From NCBI RefSeq assembly GCF_041913585.1, contig NZ_JAYSFE010000001.1, positions 67,033-131,032 of the forward strand: a stretch of DNA of 64,000 nucleotides, read 5' to 3'. The notes under the pieces are model-generated. The model saw only the letters and a list, made by a program, of their open reading frames with translations. It did no database searches and was not told the origin of the DNA. The stretch comes from Stella sp. GTDB lineage: Bacteria; Pseudomonadota; Alphaproteobacteria; ATCC43930; Allostellaceae. This document shows, piece after piece, positions 48,401 through 57,589 of the stretch. Numbering within the stretch: position 1 is the stretch's first letter; every line of letters starts with the position of its first letter. The translations under genes and the position numbers were made by a program.

Positions 48401-50307
48401 CGGAAGCCGTCCTCGACGAGCGGCCGCAGCGCCGCGATGTCGAGCTCGGCGCCGTCCGGCGCCGCCAGGCCGAAATCGTGCAGCCACACCGGCGGGCCGC
48501 CGTCGGCCGGCCGGATCGTGTCGGGGATCTCGTTGAGGACGCGGAACCCCAGGTTCTCCAGCACCGGGATGACGTCGGAGAGCGGCATCGCCTCGCCCGG
48601 GTGGTAGACCTTGAGGCGCACTTCGCGGGCGGAGGCTTCGACCGGACGGAAGAGATGCAGCGCCAGGCCGCGGGCCCGCGCCTCGAGGGCGCGGTCGATC
48701 TCCAGCACCGCGGCCGCGGCCGAGAAGCGCTCGCGATAGCCGGCCGGAAAGGCGTCGGCCCAGCGCGTCAGGGTCGCCTGGGCCTCGGCCTCGCCCATGC
48801 GGGCGTCGAGTGCCTCCTTGAGGCGGTCGCGCCACGATCGCCCGGCCTCGGCGAGCAGCGTCTCGACGGCCTCGGCCGAAAGGTCGGGAATGGCGCCGGG
48901 CGTCGTGCCGACGACGAAATGGACCCGCGCGAGCGGCGACTCGCCGAGATGGGTCGAGAACGACATCACCTCGCCCGCCAGGGCGTCGGCGAGGATGCGC
49001 TGGAAGCGCTGGCGCAGTTCGGTGTCGTAGCGGTCGCGCGGCGCGTAGACGAGGCAGGACACGAAGCGCTCGAACGGGTCGGGGCGCAGGAAGAGCGCGA
49101 CGCGCGGCCGCTCCTCGAGATGGAGGATGCCGCGGGCGATGGCGAAGAGCGCGTCCTCCTCGATCTGGAACAGCTCGTCGCGCGGATAGGTGTCGAGGAT
49201 GTGCAGCAGCGCCTTGCCGTCGTGGCTGTTCGGGTCGAAACCGGCGCGGTCCATCACCCGCGCGACCTTGCGCCGCAGGATCGGGATGGTCCGGGCGCCG
49301 GCGCTGTAGGCGCCCGACGTGTAGAGCCCGGCGAACACCGAGACGCCGACCGGCGCGCCGGCGGCGTCGAAGCGCTTGATCGCGATCACGTCCATCGGCA
49401 TCCGCCGGTGGACGCGCGACTTGTGGCCGCTCTTGGTGACGACGAGCGCGGTCGGTCGCCGCAGGAACGCCTGGACCTCGGCCGGCAGCGCCGAGAAGTG
49501 GCGCAGCCCGTCGAGCACCGGCGCCTCCGCCGGGCCGAGGACGCCCAGCCCCGAGCCCGGCACGATCGCCAGGCCGCGCTCGGCGTCGGCGGCCGGACCG
49601 AACTGGTACTCGCGGCAGCCGAGGAAGGTGAAATGGTCCTCGACCAGCCACTCGAGGAAGTCATCGGCCTCGTTGCGCTCGTCCTCCGGCAGGACGTCGG
49701 CTTCCGCCGCCAGGGTGCCGCGGGCCTCGACCATGCGCTGCCGCATCGCCGGCCAGTCGGCGACCGCCCGGCGCACGTCGGCCAGCACCTCGAGCAGGCC
49801 GGTCCGCAGCCGCTCGCGGCGCTCCGGGTCGGCCAGGGCGGCGACCTCGATGTGCATCATCGACTCGCGCGCCGGCCCGCTGCCGACCGCCCGCAGCCGG
49901 TCGCCGTCGCGCTCGACCGCGACCACCGGATGGACGAGGAGATGGATCCCCAGCTCCTGGCGCTGCAGCTCGGCGGCGATCGAATCGACGAGGAACGGCA
50001 TGTCGTCGTTGACGATCTCGACGACGGTATGACGGCACGACCACCCGTCGGCGTCGGCGCGCGGGCTGAACACCCGGACTTCGGCCGTGCCGGGCGCCCG
50101 CCGCCCGGCGAACGCGAGAAGGCTGAGCGCGGCGCCGTAGAGGTCTTCGGCGGCGAAGGCCGCCACCTCGTCGGGGGCCACGTTCTGCGCGAAGAGGCGC
50201 ACGAACCGGACCGCGGCATCCGCCTGCCCGCCGCTCAGCCGGCGGGCGGCGAGTGCCACCGCCTGCCCGATGCGCTCCTCCTTCAGACGTTCGGCATGGT
50301 GGGCCAT
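45475..50307 (-). CDS. gdhB: Large NAD-specific glutamate dehydrogenase (1610 aa)
   Basis: RGGIRWSDRREDFRTE, KNAVIVPVGSKGGF, DDPYLVVAADKGTATFSD, GVGDMSGDVFGNG, TDAIDNSAGV. Confidence 0.97.
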   Translation of the reverse strand: MAHHAERLKEERIGQAVALAARRLSGGQADAAVRFVRLFAQNVAPDEVAAFAAEDLYGAALSLLAFAGRRAPGTAEVRVFSPRADADGWSCRHTVVEIVNDDMPFLVDSIAAELQRQELGIHLLVHPVVAVERDGDRLRAVGSGPARESMMHIEVAALADPERRERLRTGLLEVLADVRRAVADWPAMRQRMVEARGTLAAEADVLPEDERNEADDFLEWLVEDHFTFLGCREYQFGPAADAERGLAIVPGSGLGVLGPAEAPVLDGLRHFSALPAEVQAFLRRPTALVVTKSGHKSRVHRRMPMDVIAIKRFDAAGAPVGVSVFAGLYTSGAYSAGARTIPILRRKVARVMDRAGFDPNSHDGKALLHILDTYPRDELFQIEEDALFAIARGILHLEERPRVALFLRPDPFERFVSCLVYAPRDRYDTELRQRFQRILADALAGEVMSFSTHLGESPLARVHFVVGTTPGAIPDLSAEAVETLLAEAGRSWRDRLKEALDARMGEAEAQATLTRWADAFPAGYRERFSAAAAVLEIDRALEARARGLALHLFRPVEASAREVRLKVYHPGEAMPLSDVIPVLENLGFRVLNEIPDTIRPADGGPPVWLHDFGLAAPDGAELDIAALRPLVEDGFRAVWTGLASNDGFNRLIRGARLAWPEARILRVYARYLRQVGFPLSQSFVEDTLVAQPRIARLLVDLFAARFDPAVAQDRLTRAAGVVEAIEHALDQVQSLEEDRALRAFLALLRATLRTNHYQREGDGRPKPYLSIKLDSQAIDFLPLPRPMVEVFVHSPRTEAIHLRGGRVARGGIRWSDRREDFRTEILGLMKAQMVKNAVIVPVGSKGGFVVKQPPVAGGREALQAEVVHCYRTLMQGLLDITDNLVEGRVVPPADVVRHDTDDPYLVVAADKGTATFSDIANGIAAQYGFWLGDAFASGGSKGYDHKEMGITARGAWEAVKRHFRELGTDVQTTPFTVVGVGDMSGDVFGNGMLQSPAIRLLAAFDHRHVFVDPDPDPARSFAERERLFRLPRSSWADYDRSLIAPGGGVFERSAKSIAVTPQMRALFHIARDRVTPAELMRAILTAEVDLLWFGGIGTFVKAREEGNAEAGDKANDAVRVDGADIRARVVGEGANLGVTQRGRIEYARIGGRGGAGGAINTDAIDNSAGVDTSDHEVNIKILLDRVVAAGDMTGKQRDQLLAEMTDEVATLVLRHNYQQTQALSVEQADAPGLLSAHGRAMRAFERRARLDRAVELLPDDAALARRAQEGRGLTRPELSVLLAYAKMAMAQAIAPSVLPDDPAVDDDLLGYFPTPIRERLPAACRSHPLRRELVATVVTNALVNRAGIAFASSVEDATGADWVEIARAWLAARDIFRLDDYWAAVEALDGRVAAAVQTGLLLTARSLVEAAMPHLLAAVVREASLGAVVAHHLPGAEAVETALPTLLPAEQGATLAARVAAGVASGVPEVLAHRAAAFERIAAALPITDRALAAGEPIERVARLHFAIDARFRFDRLMAAADAIADGDAWARRAATAAREDLAHAQADLLAGVLAQGEPDPAGALAAWGAAHAHAVQRIDALLAELDQQPRIDLAMLAVATRTLRSALDH

Positions 50308-50489
50308 GATCCCTCACCCCGTTCCGGTGTCGTTGCGGGGCTGAGCCTACGGCAAAATCATGGCGGCGTGGCGACGGTCGCGGCGACGGTCGTCGCGAAC
50401 CCGCGACCGAACCGTCGTTGTTCGGTCACAATCCGGCGGCTAGGTTGCGCGGCTGTCCCGCCCCCGTCCCGAGAGCGTCCGATCCCGGC

Positions 50490-51125
50490 ATGCACGATCG
50501 ACTACACAAGCGGCACGCTCCGCCCGTCGCCCATCGGCGGCGCGACGCCGCGCTCTTCCTGTGGAAATGGATCCAGGCGCCGACCCGCATCGGCTCGGTG
50601 TGGCCGAGCGGCCGGGCCCTCGGCCGGGCGATGGCCGCCGAGCTCGACCTGACGGTCCCGGGCGCGATCGTCGAGCTCGGCGCCGGCACCGGCCCGATCA
50701 CGGCGACCCTGCTGCAGTCGGGCGTGCCGCCGGAACGCTTCTACGCCGTCGAGCGCGATCCCGGGCTCGCCGCGGCGCTGCGCCAGCGCCTGCCCGGGGT
50801 GCGCGTGATCGAGGGCGATGCCGGCGAACTGCCGGCGCTGATGCGCGCCGAGGGGGTGGAGACCGTGTCGGCCATCGTCTCCTGCCTGCCGCTGGTCTCG
50901 CTGCCGCGGGCGCTCGTCCGCCGGGTGATCGAAGGCGGCTTCGACGTCCTCCATCCCGAGGGCCGCTTCATCCAGTTCACCTACGGCACGATCTCGCCGA
51001 TCCCGCTGCGCCATTTCCGCCTGCAGGCGCGCCGGGTCTGCCGGGTCTGGCGCAACCTGCCGCCGGCCGCGGTCTGGCGCTACACCCGCATCCCCGGCGA
51101 ACCGGTCGCGCGGGACCGCGGCTGA
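50490..51125 (+). CDS. pmtA: Phospholipid N-methyltransferase PmtA-like (class I SAM MTase)
   Basis: P..IGSVWPSG, IVELGAGTG, IVSCLPL, FIQFTY, NLPPAAVWRY. Confidence 0.82.
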   Translation: MHDRLHKRHAPPVAHRRRDAALFLWKWIQAPTRIGSVWPSGRALGRAMAAELDLTVPGAIVELGAGTGPITATLLQSGVPPERFYAVERDPGLAAALRQRLPGVRVIEGDAGELPALMRAEGVETVSAIVSCLPLVSLPRALVRRVIEGGFDVLHPEGRFIQFTYGTISPIPLRHFRLQARRVCRVWRNLPPAAVWRYTRIPGEPVARDRG

Positions 51126-51132
51126 GGGTCGC

Positions 51133-51624
51133 ATGTCCGGCTTCCCGCCAGGGTCCGCACCGGGCGCCGACGCCGAGCCTGCCCTCGCCCGGCTGCTCGC
51201 CCGCGGCGTCCGCCGGGCGCTCGGCGACCTCGGCTTCGCGACCGTCACGGAACTCGTGCTCGCCTCCGGCCGCCGCGCCGACGTCGCCGGCATCGACCGC
51301 CGCGGCGAGATCGTCATCGTCGAGGTCAAGACCTCGCTCGCAGACCTGCGCGCCGACCGGAAATGGCCGGAATACCGCGAATTCTGCGACGCCCTGCTGT
51401 TCGCCGTGCCGGCGGACTTCCCGCTGCCGGCGCTGCCGCCGGACGCCGGCCTGCTGGTCGCCGACGGCTTCGGAGCGGCGCTGCTGCGCGAGGCGCCGCG
51501 CCACCCGCTGCCGGCCGCGCGACGGCGTGCCGTCACCCTGCGCTTCGCGCTGACCGCGTCCCTGCGGCTCGGCCGGATCGAGGATCCGGCCCGCAACGAC
51601 CTCGAGCCGGCGCTGCTGTCATAG
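51133..51624 (+). CDS. mmcB: MmcB-family DNA repair PD-(D/E)xK nuclease
   Basis: SGRRADV..EIVIVEVKTS.AD.RADRKW.EY..FCD.L.FAVP. Confidence 0.88.
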   Translation: MSGFPPGSAPGADAEPALARLLARGVRRALGDLGFATVTELVLASGRRADVAGIDRRGEIVIVEVKTSLADLRADRKWPEYREFCDALLFAVPADFPLPALPPDAGLLVADGFGAALLREAPRHPLPAARRRAVTLRFALTASLRLGRIEDPARNDLEPALLS

Positions 51625-51640
51625 GCCGGCATAGGCCGGC
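51620..51640. repeat. Exact 10-bp tandem duplication across mmcB stop
   Basis: CATAGGCCGG x2. Confidence 0.9.
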
Positions 51641-51684
51641 GCCGCGCTGGACAGGACGGCCCGAAGGGACCATGAGGTCGCGGC

Positions 51685-52050
51685 ATGATCCAGGGCGAAA
51701 CGCGCGACACCATGCTGTCGATCCGGCGGGCGCTGCGCGGGCGGTGCCCGAACTGCGGCCGTGGCCGCCTGTTCGCGACCTACCTGCGGCAGGTCGACCG
51801 CTGCGCCGCCTGCGGCGAGCCCTGGGGGGAACTCCGGGCCGACGACGCGCCGCCCTGGCTCACCATCCTCGTCGTCGGCCACCTGGTGGCGCCGGTCGCG
51901 CTCTGGCTGGTGAAGTACAGCAGCCTGCCGGACTGGGCGATCTCCGGCCTTCTCGCGACGACCGCGCTCCTGCTCTGCCTCGTCCTGCTGCCGCGGGCGA
52001 AGGGCCTCTTCCTGGCGGCCATCTGGGCGTCCCGCGCCCGCTCGTCCTGA
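51685..52050 (+). CDS. DUF983 family membrane protein
   Basis: RGRCPNCGRGRLF..YL..VDRCAACG..ADDAPPWLTILVVGH. Confidence 0.88.
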   Translation: MIQGETRDTMLSIRRALRGRCPNCGRGRLFATYLRQVDRCAACGEPWGELRADDAPPWLTILVVGHLVAPVALWLVKYSSLPDWAISGLLATTALLLCLVLLPRAKGLFLAAIWASRARSS

Positions 52051-52054
52051 CGGG

Positions 52055-53524
52055 TCAGCCGGCCAGCTTGGCCACCGTGGCGGTGGTGCTGAACCCGGGC
52101 ACGAGGTCGACCAGGACGACCCGGCCGCCGGTCGACTGCACGAAGTCCGCGCCCACCACCTGGTCCAGCGTGTAGTCCGATCCCTTGACCAGCACGTCCG
52201 GGCGGATCGCCTCGATCAGGGTCTGCGGCGTGTCCTCGCCGAAGATGACGACGAGGTCGACGTCGGCCAGCGACGCCAGCACCGTCGCCCGCGCGTTCTC
52301 GCCCTGGACGGGGCGGTTCGGCCCCTTCAGCCGGGCGACCGACGCATCGGAGTTGAGGCCGACCACGAGCCGGTCGCAGGTGGCGCGGGCCGCCTTCAGC
52401 ATCGCCACATGGCCGGGATGCAGGAGGTCGAAGCAGCCGTTGGTGAAGCCGATCGTCAGCCCCTCCTGGCGCCAGCCGCGCACCCGGTCGAGGGCGGCGG
52501 CGAAGGGCAGGGCCTTGATGCCGCCGCGCTCGACGTCGCCGGCCCGCAGCACCCGCGCCAGCTCGACCGAGTGGGCGACGGCGGTGCCGATCTTGCCGAC
52601 CACGAGGCCGGCGGCGACGTTGCCGAGGCGGGCGGCGTCGCGCAGCGTGAAGCCGGCGCCGACGGCGGCGGCGAAGACCGCGAGCACGGTGTCGCCGGCG
52701 CCCGAGACGTCGAACACCTCGCGCGCCTCGGCCGGCAGGTGATGCACGGCGCCGCCGCGCTCGACCAGGGTCATGCCGTCCTGGCTGCGCGTCACCAGCA
52801 CCGCGTCGAGGTCGAGGCGGCCGATCAGCCGGCGCGCCGCCAGCACGATCTCCTCGGCGGTGCCGACCGGCATGTCGGTCGCCTCCGCCAGCTCGCGCCG
52901 GTTGGGCGTAAGCACGTTGGCGCCGCGATAGCGCGAATAGTCCGTGCCCTTGGGGTCGACGACGACGGTCCGGCCGGCGGCGCGGGCCGCCGCGATCACC
53001 CCGGCGGCGACGCCCTGGCGCAGCACGCCCTTGTCGTAGTCGGAGAGGATGACGACCGACTGTTCGCCCGCCGCCGAGCGGGCGAGGTGGATCAGGTCCT
53101 CGCGCAGCGCCTCGGCGATCGGCGCCACCGTCTCGCGGTCGGCGCGCAGCAACTGCTGCTGGCCGGCGACGTAGCGGGTCTTGATCGGGGTGGTGCGCGC
53201 CCGCTCGGTCAGGACGTGCGGCTCGACCCGCTCTTCCCCGGCGATGATCGCCTGGATCTCGCGGCCGGCCGGGTCGTCGCCGACGACCGAGAGGAAGCAG
53301 ACCTCGGTGCCGAGCGCCAGCAGGTTGCGCAGGACGTTGCCGGCCCCGCCCAGCATGTCGGACTCGCGCTGGATGCGGAGCACCGGGATCGGCGCCTCGG
53401 GCGAGATGCGCTCGACCGAACCGTAGATGTAGCGGTCGAGCATCACGTCGCCGACGCACAGCACCCGCACCCGGGAGAGCGCTTCGACGCGGTCGGCGAG
53501 GTCGGCGTCGGCGGACTGGACCAT
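52055..53524 (-). CDS. hldE: Bifunctional heptose-7-P kinase/heptose-1-P adenylyltransferase
   Basis: [57 protein letters not shown]. Confidence 0.96.
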   Translation of the reverse strand: MVQSADADLADRVEALSRVRVLCVGDVMLDRYIYGSVERISPEAPIPVLRIQRESDMLGGAGNVLRNLLALGTEVCFLSVVGDDPAGREIQAIIAGEERVEPHVLTERARTTPIKTRYVAGQQQLLRADRETVAPIAEALREDLIHLARSAAGEQSVVILSDYDKGVLRQGVAAGVIAAARAAGRTVVVDPKGTDYSRYRGANVLTPNRRELAEATDMPVGTAEEIVLAARRLIGRLDLDAVLVTRSQDGMTLVERGGAVHHLPAEAREVFDVSGAGDTVLAVFAAAVGAGFTLRDAARLGNVAAGLVVGKIGTAVAHSVELARVLRAGDVERGGIKALPFAAALDRVRGWRQEGLTIGFTNGCFDLLHPGHVAMLKAARATCDRLVVGLNSDASVARLKGPNRPVQGENARATVLASLADVDLVVIFGEDTPQTLIEAIRPDVLVKGSDYTLDQVVGADFVQSTGGRVVLVDLVPGFSTTATVAKLAG

Positions 53525-53541
53525 GGTCGCCCTCCCGCCCG

Positions 53542-54141
53542 TCAGACCAGGCCGAGGCGCCGCTCGAGCGCCCCGCACAGGATCTGGCCGATGGTGATGT
53601 GCATCTCCTGGATGCGCGCGGTCGTCGTCGACGGCACCAGGATCAGGGGATCGGCCAGGCCCGGCAGCACCCCGCCGGTTCCGCCGGAGAAGGCGGCGGC
53701 ATGGAGCCCGCCCTCGCGGGCCGCAGCCAGGCCGTTGGCGACGTTGGCGCTGCGCCCGGAGGTGGTGATGCCGATGGCGACGTCGCCGGGACGGCCGATG
53801 GCGCGGACCTGGCGGGCGAAGAGCTGGTCGAAGCCCATGTCGTTGCCGATCGCGGTCAGGGCCGAGCTGTCGGTCGTCAGCGCCATGGCCGCGATCGGCG
53901 CGCGGTCGCGCTGGTAGCGCACGGCGAGTTCGGTCGCCAGGTGCTGCGCGTCGCCGGCGCTGCCGCCGTTGCCGAAGAAGAGGATCTTGCCGCCGGAAGC
54001 GACCGACGCGGCGCAGAGTTCGATCAGCCGCAGGAGCCCGGCGCGGACGGCGTCCGGAGTCGCCTGCTGCACGGCGGCATGCTCGGCGAACTCGGCCGAG
54101 AGGTAGGACGCGGCGTCGAACGCGGGGTCGATCGCGGTCAT
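53542..54141 (-). CDS. gmhA: Phosphoheptose isomerase
   Basis: [39 protein letters not shown]. Confidence 0.96.
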   Translation of the reverse strand: MTAIDPAFDAASYLSAEFAEHAAVQQATPDAVRAGLLRLIELCAASVASGGKILFFGNGGSAGDAQHLATELAVRYQRDRAPIAAMALTTDSSALTAIGNDMGFDQLFARQVRAIGRPGDVAIGITTSGRSANVANGLAAAREGGLHAAAFSGGTGGVLPGLADPLILVPSTTTARIQEMHITIGQILCGALERRLGLV

Positions 54142-54177
54142 GGAGGTTTCCGCAGGGCGTGTTGCGCTGCCGCTTCG

Positions 54178-55002
54178 CTAATGCAATGTCCGGCCGCCCG
54201 CAATGGAAACCGGCTGGCGGAACGGCTGGGTCAGCATCCGGTCGAGCCGCTCTTCGCTCGGGCCGTCGAAGCCGGGCGTCCCGATCGCCATGCCCGCGTG
54301 CCCGTCGCGCGGCCGGTCCCGGTAGGTGCCGAAGACCCGGTCCCACCAGGACAGCGCGAAGCCGAAGTTGCGGTCGGTCTCGTCGCGATGGACCGAGTGG
54401 TGGACGCGATGCATGTCGGGGGTGACGAGGAAGCGGCGGAGCCGGCGGTCGAGCCCGGCCGGCAGCGCCAGGTTGGCGTGGTTGAACATGGCGGCCGCGT
54501 TCAGCAGCAGCTCGAACAGGACGACCGCGGCGGCCGGCGCGCCGAGCAGGGCGACCGCGGCCATCTTGATCGCCATCGACGCCAGGATCTCCAGGGGATG
54601 GAAGCGCAGGCCGGTGGTCACGTCGAGATCGCGGTCGGCATGGTGGACGCGGTGCAGTCGCCACAGGACCGGGATCCGGTGGAAGAGGACATGCTGGGCC
54701 CAGATCACGAGATCGAGCGCCACCACGGCCACCGGGACCGCGATCCACGCCGGCAGCGCGGTCGCATTGAGAAGGCCGAAGCCGTGGCGCTCGGCCGCGA
54801 CCGCGGCGCCGATCGCGGCCGCCGGCAGCAGGAGCCGCAGCAGGGCGGCGTCGATGGCGAGGATGCCGAGGTTGGCGGGCCAGCGCCGCCGCCGCGGCAG
54901 GGTGCGGGTTCGCCGGGGCCGCAGCACTTCCGCTGCCGCCAGCAGGGCCAGCACCAGGACGAACGCGGCCGGCCGCATCCATGCCTCGGCGTCGGTCAGC
55001 AT
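54178..55002 (-). CDS. Sterol desaturase/fatty acid hydroxylase family protein
   Basis: His boxes [34 protein letters not shown]; NFG..WDR.FGT; start inferred. Confidence 0.92.
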   Translation of the reverse strand: MLTDAEAWMRPAAFVLVLALLAAAEVLRPRRTRTLPRRRRWPANLGILAIDAALLRLLLPAAAIGAAVAAERHGFGLLNATALPAWIAVPVAVVALDLVIWAQHVLFHRIPVLWRLHRVHHADRDLDVTTGLRFHPLEILASMAIKMAAVALLGAPAAAVVLFELLLNAAAMFNHANLALPAGLDRRLRRFLVTPDMHRVHHSVHRDETDRNFGFALSWWDRVFGTYRDRPRDGHAGMAIGTPGFDGPSEERLDRMLTQPFRQPVSIAGGRTLH

Positions 55003-55106
55003 GCGGTCCACCACGAACGCGCGGGCGCAGGGATCATGGCGACGATGATATGGTCGCACGGCCTCCCCGTCCCGCTCTTCCGCCCGCGATCGGACGCGCC
55101 CCCGGC

Positions 55107-56333
55107 TTGACCCTCCTCGTCGTCATCGTCTTCGTCGCCGTCTATGCCGGCATGGCCCTCGGGCGCTGGCCCGGCCTCGGCCTCGACCGAACCGGGATCG
55201 CCCTCATCGGCGGCATCGGGCTCGGGCTCGCGGGCGCCGTCACCCCCGAGGCGGCGCTGGCGGCGATCGACTTCCCGACGCTCTTCGTGCTGTTCGGCCT
55301 GATGATCCTCTCGGCACGCTTCGCCGAGAGCGGGTTCTACGACTGGTGCGTCGCCCGCGTCGCCGCCGCCCGTGCCGGCCCGGCGGCGCTCCTCGGCCTC
55401 ACGGTCGCGGTGACGGGGGTCCTGGCCGCGGTGCTCTCCAACGACGTCGTCGTCTTCGCGATGACGCCGCTCCTCTGCCTCGGGCTCCGGGCGCGCGGCC
55501 TCGACCCGCGGCCGTTCCTGATCGCGCTCGCGGGCGCGGCCAACGCGGGTTCCGCGGCGACCATGATCGGCAATCCGCAGAACATCCTGATCGGCCAGAG
55601 CGGGCGGCTCGACTTCTTCGATTTCCTCCTCGCCTGCGGTCCACCGGCGCTGCTCTCGCTGGTCGTCGTCCACGTCACCGTGCTGCTGGTCTGGCGGGGA
55701 CGCTGGACCATCCGGCCCGAGGGCGGCCCGGTGGCCCCCAGGGTCGACCGGGCGGAACTGGCCTGGGCGGGCGCGGCGACGGTGGCGCTGCTCGCCCTCT
55801 TCGCCAGCCCGTTGCCGCAGGCGGAGTCGGTGCTCATCATCGGCGGGCTCATGCTGCTGTCGCGCAACCTCGCGACGCGCACCATCCTCGGTCTCGTCGA
55901 CTGGTCGCTGCTGGTCCTGTTCGCCGGCCTCTTCGTGGTGACCGCGGCCTTCAGCGAGACCGGCCTGCCGGCGCTGGCGGTCGGCTGGCTCGCCCAACGC
56001 GGCCTGCCGCTCGCCGATCCGCTGGTGCTGGCCGCCGTCGCCGTCGGCGGCAGCAACACCGTCGGCAACGTGCCGGCGGTGATGCTCTTCCTGCGCGCCG
56101 TGCCGGATGCGGCGCCGGGCCTGCTCTACGGCCTGGCGCTGCTGTCGACGCTCGCCGGCAACCTCCTGCTCGTCGGCAGCCTCGCCAACATCATCGTCGC
56201 CGAGCGGGCGGCAGTCGTCGGCGTGCGCCTGTCGTTCCGCACCCATGCCGCCTGCGGGGTGCCGATGACCCTCGTTTCGCTCGTTCTGGCGCTGCTCTGG
56301 CTGGTCGGTCTCGGCTACCTTCCATGGCCGTGA
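55107..56333 (+). CDS. ArsB/NhaD/SLC13-family anion transporter
   Basis: TTG start inferred; LDRTGIAL, LSNDVVV, AANAGSAATMIGNPQNILI, SNTVGNVPA, STLAGN. Confidence 0.88.
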   Translation: MTLLVVIVFVAVYAGMALGRWPGLGLDRTGIALIGGIGLGLAGAVTPEAALAAIDFPTLFVLFGLMILSARFAESGFYDWCVARVAAARAGPAALLGLTVAVTGVLAAVLSNDVVVFAMTPLLCLGLRARGLDPRPFLIALAGAANAGSAATMIGNPQNILIGQSGRLDFFDFLLACGPPALLSLVVVHVTVLLVWRGRWTIRPEGGPVAPRVDRAELAWAGAATVALLALFASPLPQAESVLIIGGLMLLSRNLATRTILGLVDWSLLVLFAGLFVVTAAFSETGLPALAVGWLAQRGLPLADPLVLAAVAVGGSNTVGNVPAVMLFLRAVPDAAPGLLYGLALLSTLAGNLLLVGSLANIIVAERAAVVGVRLSFRTHAACGVPMTLVSLVLALLWLVGLGYLPWP

Positions 56334-56365
56334 GACTGCCGCCGCGATTTCCCGGGAGAGGACAG

Positions 56366-57280
56366 ATGGCCGAGACTATCCGTGACCTGATCGGCTACGG
56401 CGCGAACCCGCCCGATCCGCAATGGCCGGGCGGCGCCCGCCTGGCGCTCAACCTCGTGCTCAACTTCGAGGAGGGCTCGGAATACTCCATCGACGACGGC
56501 GACGGCTTCACCGAGACCGCGCTGACCGAGGGGGCGAGCCAGACGGCGCCGCTCAAGGGCCGCGATCTCGCCGGCGAGAGCATGTTCGAGTACGGCAGCC
56601 GCGTCGGCTTCTGGCGGGTGCATCGCATCTTCCGCGAGCGCGGCCTGCCGCTGACCGTGTTCGGCTGCGCCCTGGCGCTGGAACGCAACCCGCCCGCCGC
56701 CGCCGCGATCCGCGCGGCGGGCTGGGACGTGTGCTGCCACGGCTGGCGCTGGATCAAGCATTTCGAACTGTCGGAGGAGGAGGAGCGCGAGCACATCCGG
56801 CGCGCCGTCGCCTCCCTGCGGCAGACCGTCGGCGAGCGGCCGATCGGCTGGTACTGCCGCTACTCGCCGTCGGTGAACACCCGGCGCCTGCTCGTCGAGG
56901 AGGGCGGATTCCTCTACGATTCCGACGCCTACAACGACGACCTGCCCTACTGGACCCGGGTGTCCGGGCGGCCGCACCTCGTCGTGCCCTACACGCTCTC
57001 GAACAACGATGCCAAGTTCGGCCGCGGCGTGTTCGGGACCGGCGAGGATTTCTTCACCTACCTGCGCGACGCCTTCGACGTGCTCTACGCCGAGGGCGCC
57101 ACCAGCCCGAAGATGATGTCGGTCGGCCTGCACCAGCGTCTCGTCGGCCACCCGGCCCGGGCGGCCGGGCTGATGCGCTTCCTCGACCATGTCGGCCGCC
57201 ATGCCGGCGTCTGGGTATGCCGCCGGGCCGACATCGCCCGCCACTGGGCGGCCGTCCACCCGGCGCCCGCGGGCGCCTGA
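56366..57280 (+). CDS. puuE: Allantoinase PuuE/polysaccharide deacetylase family
   Basis: RDLIGYG.NPPDP.WPGGAR, NFEEG, ESMFEYGSR.GFWR, HGWRW, DAYNDDLPYW, GLHQRL.G.PAR; exact substrate not certain. Confidence 0.8.
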   Translation: MAETIRDLIGYGANPPDPQWPGGARLALNLVLNFEEGSEYSIDDGDGFTETALTEGASQTAPLKGRDLAGESMFEYGSRVGFWRVHRIFRERGLPLTVFGCALALERNPPAAAAIRAAGWDVCCHGWRWIKHFELSEEEEREHIRRAVASLRQTVGERPIGWYCRYSPSVNTRRLLVEEGGFLYDSDAYNDDLPYWTRVSGRPHLVVPYTLSNNDAKFGRGVFGTGEDFFTYLRDAFDVLYAEGATSPKMMSVGLHQRLVGHPARAAGLMRFLDHVGRHAGVWVCRRADIARHWAAVHPAPAGA

Positions 57281-57325
57281 GGGCACCCGGCGCCCGCGGG
57301 CGCCTGAGGGCGGCGGTCAGGCGCC
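57257..57325. repeat. 27-bp exact tandem duplication with internal 16-bp palindrome, plus convergent-gene hairpin
   Basis: CACCCGGCGCCCGCGGGCGCCTGAGGG at 57257 and 57284; stem GGCGCCTGA(57299)/TCAGGCGCC(57317). Confidence 0.92.
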
Positions 57326-57481
57326 TTCCCGGCCGGAGTCCCTGGGCCGTGCCTTCTCGTGGTCCTGACGGCGGATCCGGTCGTGGTCCTGCTCGTCGGG
57401 GGCGGTCGGATCGGGCCGGCGGACGTCTTCCGCGGGCTTCGGGGCATCCTTGGGCGGGCGTCGGGCGTCGGGTCTCGTCAT
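57317..57481 (-). CDS. Hypothetical small charged protein (54 aa)
   Basis: ATG 57481 preceded by GGA-containing stretch; Pro/Asp/Arg-rich; fills the gap between puuE and the IscU-like gene. Confidence 0.4.
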   Translation of the reverse strand: MTRPDARRPPKDAPKPAEDVRRPDPTAPDEQDHDRIRRQDHEKARPRDSGREGA

Positions 57482-57589
57482 GGCTGTCCAACGCGGGCCG
57501 CGCGCGGGACGTTCCCCGCGCGGCGAATTGACCGGCGGCGCGGGCGGGGCCACTTAGGGAGGCGACGAACCTCCTGCGGTCGAGCCACG

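Noticed and set aside
43970-49651. 1893-aa ORF suggesting a giant MocR fusion
   Set aside because: Everything upstream of about 45478 is an off-frame read of gdh
50321-50423. Alphaproteobacterial LexA box for pmtA-mmcB
   Set aside because: Only GTTC-N7-GTTG and GAAC-N8-GAAC are present; neither fits GTTC-N7-GTTC
45478-50652. 1724-aa antisense ORF over gdh; likewise 31672-34563 over ileS and other long shadow ORFs
   Set aside because: Mirror frames of high-GC3 genes lack stops; translations show no family motifs and the sense genes are unambiguous
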